Shown: one piece after another, positions 57,710-64,000 of the stretch
Layout: every line of letters begins with the position of its first letter
Numbering within the stretch: position 1 is the stretch's first letter
Assembly: GCA_018223105.1 (NCBI GenBank)
Contig: JAAEYY010000009.1
Coordinates: forward strand, 6,827 to 70,826
Length of the DNA: 64,000 bases
Source of the DNA: a bacterium
GTDB taxonomy: Bacteria; Bacteroidota; Bacteroidia; NS11-12g; UBA9320
Direction: 5' to 3'
Position numbers and translations under genes: made by a program
The notes under the pieces: generated by a model
Told to the model about the DNA's origin: nothing
Database searches by the model: none
Seen by the model: only the letters and a program-made list of their open reading frames with translations

Positions 57710-58828
57710 CTATAACTCCCACAACACAGTCCTTTCCACTACATAATCATGCTCATTCCTAAAGACAATTAACACAGATTTAAGACCCCAATAACGAGGA
57801 GCTAACTCGTAATAAGTATCAACAATTTGAGTATGAAGTAATTGGCCATTTAAACTATAAACCCATACTTCCCCTCTCATTCTCGAATCTATTTTCCATT
57901 TATCTTTTGTTTTATAAATCCAAGGCTTGCCCGGACTATAAACAAGCCAAGTGCTGTATTCAAACTGACCGTCATAGTCTACTTGCTTCAAGCGATAGTA
58001 CATTCTTGATTTCGGGCTTGGAATTGACACCTTGTATTCTACCATAGATTGGGTTGTACCTGCACCCTCGATTTGCTTAATGGTATTGAATGTTATTGCG
58101 TCCGAACTCTCCTGCAATGCAAAATGAGAATTATTATATTCAGAAGCAGTTTGCCACTGAATTTCAAGCCATTGCCCTTCCAGATTAATCTCAAATGAGA
58201 TCAGTTGTACCGGTAAATTACAAGCACCACTGATAGCAAAACTTCCATTAAACACCTCAGGATTACTGTTATTCCCACTATAATTTGAACTATCGAATAA
58301 GGCTGCTTTTAGCTGTGATAAAGTTCCTGAGCTTAGTCCAATATACTTTAGATTGTCTACTTCAAATAATGCAGTAGCATTTGAGCCTTGTGTTAGTTGA
58401 TTGGGCAAAGCCGAAGTACTAGTTGAACTTGCTGTTGCTTGCCAAACAGCTGCATCTTCAATGTTTATTCCTGTAATAAAGTTGGGTTGAGTATCTGCTC
58501 CTTGAAATGCGAAAATCTGATCGCCACTTGCAGAAAAAGCCATTCCCCAGACAGAATCAACATAGACTACCTCCCCACAGCCTAAGCTGCTTGGCGCAAC
58601 CCAGTCCATGGTTCCTTCTCCACTTCTAAAGTAACCAGCACTATCCCAACCGCGATCTGTAAAACTAATTTGAGTACCACTGTCTATTGTAGTAAGAAGA
58701 ACAAAGGCGAAATTATCCGGATTGTCTGCATTGAATTCAACTATGGCTATATCACCGGCTGAAAGAGTGGTTTGTGCTTTCATGAGCACTGAACAGCACA
58801 AAATCAAGAATAAATAAAAAGGTCTCAT
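57710..58828 (-). CDS. Secreted protein with an FN3-like WQTASE..YYRLKQVDYDG module
   Basis: Signal peptide FYLFLILCCSVLMKAQ. N-terminal GDIAIVEFNADNPDNFAFVLL...ISFTDRGW. The central module is paralogous to the one at 19426-19722. Confidence 0.65.
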   Translation of the reverse strand: MRPFYLFLILCCSVLMKAQTTLSAGDIAIVEFNADNPDNFAFVLLTTIDSGTQISFTDRGWDSAGYFRSGEGTMDWVAPSSLGCGEVVYVDSVWGMAFSASGDQIFAFQGADTQPNFITGINIEDAAVWQATASSTSTSALPNQLTQGSNATALFEVDNLKYIGLSSGTLSQLKAALFDSSNYSGNNSNPEVFNGSFAISGACNLPVQLISFEINLEGQWLEIQWQTASEYNNSHFALQESSDAITFNTIKQIEGAGTTQSMVEYKVSIPSPKSRMYYRLKQVDYDGQFEYSTWLVYSPGKPWIYKTKDKWKIDSRMRGEVWVYSLNGQLLHTQIVDTYYELAPRYWGLKSVLIVFRNEHDYVVERTVLWEL

Positions 58829-58922
58829 AATCTGAAATTTCAGGCAAGCTAAAATTCCAGAATGTTAATTTAAAAATCTCAGCCCCTTAAGATTCCAAAC
58901 GTGTTAAAAGACCTTATTAACG

Positions 58923-61076
58923 TTACTCAAGATTGATACCTGAGGCTGCTTCTGAGATATTCATCAAGTGATCTCCTATTCTTTCGAGGGAGGAGAACAT
59001 ATTACTATAAATCAAACCAGCAGGTGCTTTGTATTCTCCTTTTTCCAGACTTTTCAAATGACGTTTTCTGATCTTGTTTCTGGTATCATTAATCTGATGC
59101 TCCGTATCTCTCGCTTTTGCTAAATCAATAGACGAATAGTCGAGGTTTAGATTGGCTATCATCACCATAAATCCTTCATCTACTTTATCGCAAAGAAGTT
59201 TCAACTGATCTCGCTGTTTTTGATCAAACCAAACCTTTTTATCCAGTTTTTTCTCAATAATTTTAGAGATTTGGAATATAATATCACCTACTCTTTCCAA
59301 CTCATTACTTATACTCAGCATGGCTCGCAAGTCATTCGACGATTTCTCAGATAATTCACTGGCAGATACCTTGCTCAAGTAGTCTGTAACCTCTTTTTCA
59401 ATATTATCTGTGATCTCCTCGTACTTGGCGATCTTCTTCATCAGTTTTGAAATCCTTTTGGTATCTGTGGTATTGATTAACTCTACTAGCTTCGTCTGCA
59501 TTCTCTGCGTTAATTCAGCAAATTTCACCAGCTCTTTTTTCGCTTCAAGAACAGAGAGCTCAGGGGTTTTTGTAATCCCGGCAGCGATATATTCCAATTT
59601 GAAAATTTCGTCGTCTTCTCCTTTTGATTTTACTGTTCTTTCAGCCACTCTTACCAGCCAATCTACAAACCAGATTAGTAACAATACATTGGTAAGATTA
59701 AATACCGTATGGAATGCCGCTAGGGCTATAGTTGCGCCTTCATCATCCACATATGGATCTATACCTACCCAAGTTACCATGATATAGGTAACCAGCTTTA
59801 TAAAAACAGGCATCAATAATATCATCCAGGTAACCCCGATGATATTGAACATAGAATGGATTCTTGCTGATCGCTTTGCGTGAACATTACCTACTAGAGA
59901 TGCTATCTCTGCAGTGATCGTGGTTCCAATATTTTCACCGAGAATCATAGCTGCTCCTACTTCAAATGGAATTACTCCTTTTAACACTAAAGTTAAAGTT
60001 AAGGCCATTGCAGCACTGGAAGATTGTACCACAATTGTTACCAAAGTACCTAGTAATACAAAAATGATTCGACCTAAAAACGGGATATCACTAAACCTCG
60101 TAAAAAACTCTATGATAGGAGAATCAGCGCCCATTGGTGGAACTGCATCCTTAAGAAACCCAAGCCCCATAAATAGTAGAGCAAATCCAATAATAGCATT
60201 GGCCCATGCTTTAAAGTTCTTTCTCTTACTAAACATAAGAGGTGCTCCAAAAGCAATGAATATCAATGAATAACTAGAAATACTTACTTTAAAACCGAAG
60301 ATAGAAACCAACCAACCGGTAATGGTAGTACCAATATTTGCTCCCATCATTACTCCTGCTGATTCTACTAATGTTAAGAGTCCCGCATTAACAAAACTCA
60401 CCGTCATTACGGTTGTTGCTGATGAAGACTGAACCAGAGCTGTAATTAAGAATCCACTGATAACGCCTAAGTATTTATTGGCGGTCATGGAACTTAAAAT
60501 CTGTCGAAGTTTCTCACCTGCGCTTTGCTGGAGTCCTTCCGACATCATTTTCATACCATAAACAAACATGCCTAAACTACCAATAAGTACCAAGAACATG
60601 TATAGCCCCCAACGTCTTTCAGTTTCGAAAGATCCCTTAGAAGACCAAACCATGTTTTCAGAATCCGGTACTCCATCCTTGAGAATAGAGTGAATATCTC
60701 CACCATCCTTAAGACAACCTACTTCCCAAACGTATTTTTCACCTTGTTTTAAACCTTCTATTTCAAAATTGGTTGCTTTAGCATCGATTATTCTTGTGTA
60801 CTTCCAAGGTTTTCCTTTTTCAATTTTTTTCTGGTATCTGATGATAAGATTGTCAATCTGATCTATTGCCTGGTAATCTACAGTCCACATCACCTTAGCG
60901 CCACCTTCTTTCTCTTTAGCACTAGTGTTTACAAATACTGTTTCATCAAAAGTGTCTTGCTTCTCAATCTGTAGTGCTGATGATAATTGAATTGAATCAT
61001 CTGCAAACGCCAAATTAGGCAGAAGAAGAGCGATTATGAATGTAAGGCGTATTAAAAATGGAAAAGTTCCTTGCAT
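58923..61076 (-). CDS. Na/Pi cotransporter family protein with C-terminal PhoU-like repeats and an extra N-terminal FN3-like domain
   Basis: GMFVYGMKMMSEGLQ...VQSSSATTVM and a second VQSSSAAMALT half-repeat are typical of NptA-type transporters. The C-terminal helical PhoU-like region ends in ERIGDHLMNISE. The N-terminal 160 aa are extra. Confidence 0.9.
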   Translation of the reverse strand: MQGTFPFLIRLTFIIALLLPNLAFADDSIQLSSALQIEKQDTFDETVFVNTSAKEKEGGAKVMWTVDYQAIDQIDNLIIRYQKKIEKGKPWKYTRIIDAKATNFEIEGLKQGEKYVWEVGCLKDGGDIHSILKDGVPDSENMVWSSKGSFETERRWGLYMFLVLIGSLGMFVYGMKMMSEGLQQSAGEKLRQILSSMTANKYLGVISGFLITALVQSSSATTVMTVSFVNAGLLTLVESAGVMMGANIGTTITGWLVSIFGFKVSISSYSLIFIAFGAPLMFSKRKNFKAWANAIIGFALLFMGLGFLKDAVPPMGADSPIIEFFTRFSDIPFLGRIIFVLLGTLVTIVVQSSSAAMALTLTLVLKGVIPFEVGAAMILGENIGTTITAEIASLVGNVHAKRSARIHSMFNIIGVTWMILLMPVFIKLVTYIMVTWVGIDPYVDDEGATIALAAFHTVFNLTNVLLLIWFVDWLVRVAERTVKSKGEDDEIFKLEYIAAGITKTPELSVLEAKKELVKFAELTQRMQTKLVELINTTDTKRISKLMKKIAKYEEITDNIEKEVTDYLSKVSASELSEKSSNDLRAMLSISNELERVGDIIFQISKIIEKKLDKKVWFDQKQRDQLKLLCDKVDEGFMVMIANLNLDYSSIDLAKARDTEHQINDTRNKIRKRHLKSLEKGEYKAPAGLIYSNMFSSLERIGDHLMNISEAASGINLE

Positions 61077-61152
61077 AATTTAGGTTTGATATAAGTCGGC
61101 GAAGGGAAAGTTCGAATCTTACGTTATTGTTAATTTATAGTTATGTAAATAA

Positions 61153-62304
61153 TTAAATCCCAATTTCGACCTGAAATCTAAAACGTTGTGATCTATCACT
61201 AAATCCGTCTACAATGGAATAATCACATTGCCATTTTAGTTTATGGTCTAATATATAATTTGAAATACCAAGGGTATATTCAGTATAATCATCGGTATCT
61301 CCACTGTTTGTTAGTTCAATGTCTGTATATCGCAGTGCGAGCTCATAGTTTCTGAAAAATAAATAACCGGATTGAATTACAAACCCATCACCGGATCTAA
61401 ATTCAGGGTGAGGACTGGAAAGAATACGTTTAGCGTACTCTGTTTGAATGCTCAAACCTTTATACTTAAAAACGGCATCAATAAATAGTGTATTGAGATC
61501 GCGATATATAGGACCTGTAGAGTCGGAAACAAAGTTTCCGAGTTGTCCAGCACTTCGATCAGTATTAATATTCATACAATAACTTGTCCCAATAGCTAAT
61601 TTTGGACTTTGCTCTCGTTCTAAATCGGCGCTAAAATAATCTCCTTTTGAATTAAATTGACCAAAAGGATAAATTTCAAATCTACCGGTATAACTAAAAC
61701 CACCCACATTATCGATAGTAATATTTCTCCCTTCACCTCTCGTAAGTGCGAGAGACGCTGTGTATGGAACTACAAAATCTTTGTTTTTATACCAGTACCA
61801 AAAACCAAAATCTCGATCAATATTAAAAAATGCATTAACTGCGCTTCGATCTACGAATTGAAGTGCCTGAGATGATATCACCCTTTCGCGATTTCCGGGA
61901 AGTTTGGTTTGTCCAAACCATATTGAATGTCGCGGAGCGAAATTGTACTTAAATACTGCATCCAAAACTAATTTCGGGCTGTTGTTCACTTGAGCCTCGT
62001 CCCTCCTATTGCCCATGTCTCGATTACTCATTGCCAACTCCAACTTGTATTCATAGCGAGGATCCACAACAAAACCTTTAAATTTCAACCTCATCCTTCT
62101 AATTAACATATTGGACTCCGGATTTTCTCCATTGAAATTATCCGAATATGAGGCTTGACTCTGAATTCGAGCATTGAATTGCATAAATGCTGAAGTATCT
62201 TTAGCATAAAAACTTATGCCCTTCTTTGCATTAGGGAAGCTTAGTTGAGCTGAAGCACATAGCGACATTGCCATGCCTATCAGCACGCTTGATCTTTTAC
62301 ACAC
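61153..62304 (-). CDS. Phosphate-selective porin O/P family protein
   Basis: Signal peptide, beta-barrel pattern (LRRMRLKFKGF, YKLEL) and position directly upstream of the Na/Pi transporter. The start is GTG at 62304 or ATG at 62274. Confidence 0.8.
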   Translation of the reverse strand: MCKRSSVLIGMAMSLCASAQLSFPNAKKGISFYAKDTSAFMQFNARIQSQASYSDNFNGENPESNMLIRRMRLKFKGFVVDPRYEYKLELAMSNRDMGNRRDEAQVNNSPKLVLDAVFKYNFAPRHSIWFGQTKLPGNRERVISSQALQFVDRSAVNAFFNIDRDFGFWYWYKNKDFVVPYTASLALTRGEGRNITIDNVGGFSYTGRFEIYPFGQFNSKGDYFSADLEREQSPKLAIGTSYCMNINTDRSAGQLGNFVSDSTGPIYRDLNTLFIDAVFKYKGLSIQTEYAKRILSSPHPEFRSGDGFVIQSGYLFFRNYELALRYTDIELTNSGDTDDYTEYTLGISNYILDHKLKWQCDYSIVDGFSDRSQRFRFQVEIGI

Positions 62305-62412
62305 GGTGCAAAAAAGATTTTTTAATGTTAAGTGAATGTTAACTTTTGCCTTAGTCTTGTTTTAAATGGAAACATTCTGTTCACAATTGTTGTAAAATAG
62401 AAGCCAAAACAC

Positions 62413-62856
62413 ATGAAAATACGTAAAATGTTCCCGGGTGATGTAAATGATGTTCTCTTACTTATTAGAGGTCTGGCGGAATACGAAAAAGCCCCGAATG
62501 AGGTAATCAATACACCGGAATTGATGCTAAAACATATGGAGGAAAAATTATTTCATGCCTTTGTGGCAGAAGAATCTGAATCCATCGTTGGAATGGCAAT
62601 TTGCTATTTTCGGTATTCAACATGGAAAGGAAAATGCCTGTATTTAGAAGATTTATATGTACTGGAAGATTATCGCGGAAAGGGCGTGGGGCTTGCCTTA
62701 TTCAACAAATGCAAAGAATACGGCTTGGAGGAAAATTGCGTTCGAATGAACTGGCAAGTGCTAGACTGGAACCAACCGGCAATTGATTTCTACAAGGGTT
62801 CTGGCACATACTTTGACCCTGAATGGATAAATTGCAGTATAGACCTCAGTGTTTGA
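62413..62856 (+). CDS. GNAT-family N-acetyltransferase (diamine/SSAT-like)
   Basis: YFRYSTWKGKCLYLEDLYVLEDYRGKGVGLAL...VLDWNQPAIDFYKGSG is an SSAT-like acetyl-CoA-binding core. Confidence 0.85.
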   Translation: MKIRKMFPGDVNDVLLLIRGLAEYEKAPNEVINTPELMLKHMEEKLFHAFVAEESESIVGMAICYFRYSTWKGKCLYLEDLYVLEDYRGKGVGLALFNKCKEYGLEENCVRMNWQVLDWNQPAIDFYKGSGTYFDPEWINCSIDLSV

Positions 62857-63559
62857 CTTTATCCTAAAATTACTAGATGCTATAGTTTGGCCGGTGCTAA
62901 TCGCAGTGCTTATATGGCTATGCTTCTTTTTAAATTTCGGATACGATCTGGGATGGAATTATTACGGAATGCACCCCGGAGACTTGAAAGGTCTTTTGGG
63001 TATTATCACCATGCCTTTTCTACATGGTAGTTTTGAACACCTATTCTCTAACACACTGCCATTAATCCTTTCCATGGGATTTATTGTACTCTACTTCCCT
63101 AATGTAAAATGGAAGATAATCAGTTTAATCTGGCTTGTTACCGGTGTTTTACTATGGATCATAGGCGAAGTTGGAACAACTCATATTGGGGCCAGTGGCT
63201 TAGTGTATGGATATATTGCCTTTGTCATTACCCATGCTTTTATCAACCGAAATAAACAAAGTATTGCTGCTGCCTTCATCCTAATCTTTTTATATGGAGG
63301 GTTAATCTATGGCGTATTTCCGGAGTATGGTTTACTTATTGGAAAAAACATTTCTTGGGAAGGCCACCTTTCGGGTGCTATTGCGGGATTGATTTTTGGT
63401 TTTCTCTACAGAAGAAAAGGACCACAAAGAGTTAAATTCTTTGAAGATGAAGACGATGAAGAGCAAGATGACCCCTTTTATGATAAAGAATGGTTCGATT
63501 ATGAAGAATACCGCGTCAGATATCTTTATCGCCCCAAAGAAAAAGATGATGAAGAGTAA
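62849..63559 (+). CDS. Rhomboid-family intramembrane serine protease with an acidic C-terminal tail
   Basis: FEHLFSNTLPL (H..N), GASGLVYG (GxSG) and GHLSGAIAG (catalytic His helix). GTG start overlapping the GNAT stop. Confidence 0.85.
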   Translation: MFDFILKLLDAIVWPVLIAVLIWLCFFLNFGYDLGWNYYGMHPGDLKGLLGIITMPFLHGSFEHLFSNTLPLILSMGFIVLYFPNVKWKIISLIWLVTGVLLWIIGEVGTTHIGASGLVYGYIAFVITHAFINRNKQSIAAAFILIFLYGGLIYGVFPEYGLLIGKNISWEGHLSGAIAGLIFGFLYRRKGPQRVKFFEDEDDEEQDDPFYDKEWFDYEEYRVRYLYRPKEKDDEE

Positions 63560-63568
63560 ATTTGGGCC

Positions 63569-64000
63569 ATGCGCCTGTTACTTTTAACTCCTATCTTATT
63601 CTTCTTTATCACGGCAAATTCATGGGGTTTCACAGCCCATAAGCTTATCAACTACTACGCTTGTTTTAAGCTTCCCATTGAGATGTTTGGATTCTATAAG
63701 ATGTATATCCGAGATATAGAGGCCCTTGCCACCAAGGCTGATCAAAGAAGATATATTAAACCCGATGAAGGTATTGGTCACTTTCTTGATTTAGACCATT
63801 ATGAAAGAACTGTTCCTCTAGACACACTAAGGTCTCAGTGGGATACCTTAAGCGCAAATATTCACATCGACAGCATAAAAGAGCACGGTGTGCTTCCATG
63901 GCGTGTCTTGAAAGTATACTATGGATTAATTGCTGCATTTAAGTCGGGTGATCCGGGAAGAATTGTAGCTGTTAGTGCCGACTTAGGACATTATGTAGGA
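63569..64000 (+). CDS. Zinc-dependent phospholipase C / S1-P1 nuclease-like protein, N-terminal 144 codons (continues past the window end)
   Basis: Absent from the ORF track. My translation from ATG at 63569 reads MRLLLLTPILFFFITANSWGFTAHKLINYYA...GHFLDLDHYE...ADLGHYVG, open to base 64000. The SWGF.AH start and HY..D motifs resemble this metallo-hydrolase fold. Confidence 0.6.
   Translation, partial: MRLLLLTPILFFFITANSWGFTAHKLINYYACFKLPIEMFGFYKMYIRDIEALATKADQRRYIKPDEGIGHFLDLDHYERTVPLDTLRSQWDTLSANIHIDSIKEHGVLPWRVLKVYYGLIAAFKSGDPGRIVAVSADLGHYVG

Noticed and set aside
59410-60273. 125-aa and 119-aa plus-strand ORFs
   Set aside because: They are antisense within the Na/Pi cotransporter gene, which has clear family motifs.

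Overview
This is a 64-kb chromosomal window from a low-GC member of the Bacteroidota, probably Flavobacteriia-like. The taxon call is an inference from seven proteins carrying type IX secretion (T9SS) C-terminal sorting domains, several TAnnTTTG -7 promoter boxes and typical Bacteroidota gene families. I support about 50 protein-coding genes. Two of them run off the window edges and are missing from the ORF track: an RND permease at 1-2121 (-) and a phospholipase C/nuclease-like ORF at 63569-64000 (+). I found no rRNA, tRNA, CRISPR array, transposase or integrase by eye.

Content from left to right:
- A heavy-metal efflux module: CusA/CzcA permease, a small Cys-rich protein, an HMA-MauE fusion and an AraC regulator with a CxxC domain.
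- A T9SS type B repeat protein.
- A 228-bp tandem DNA repeat in a divergent intergenic region.
- A giant adhesin of about 2380 aa built from a beta-helix, CARDB modules and a T9SS domain.
- Housekeeping genes: pirin, SSS symporter, map, an RqcH-like protein, htpG, tryptophan 2,3-dioxygenase, PIN-PhoH, GNAT and rhomboid.
- Two toxin-antitoxin/abortive-infection modules, AbiEi/AbiEii and HipBA, each with repeated operator-like sites.
- An ECF sigma operon.
- A phosphate module: porin O/P plus a Na/Pi cotransporter.

The strongest candidate for something undescribed is a translationally coupled three-gene minus-strand operon at 44374-55288. It encodes an orphan 573-aa predicted outer-membrane beta-barrel, a 2414-aa signal-peptide protein and a 651-aa FN3-like array. 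The giant protein has a heptad-rich, E/K/L/Q-rich segment of about 900 aa, an acidic linker and a beta-rich C-terminal region of about 1000 aa. None of the three carries the T9SS sorting domains that mark the other large secreted proteins in this window. All family assignments come from reading motifs; no database search was possible.
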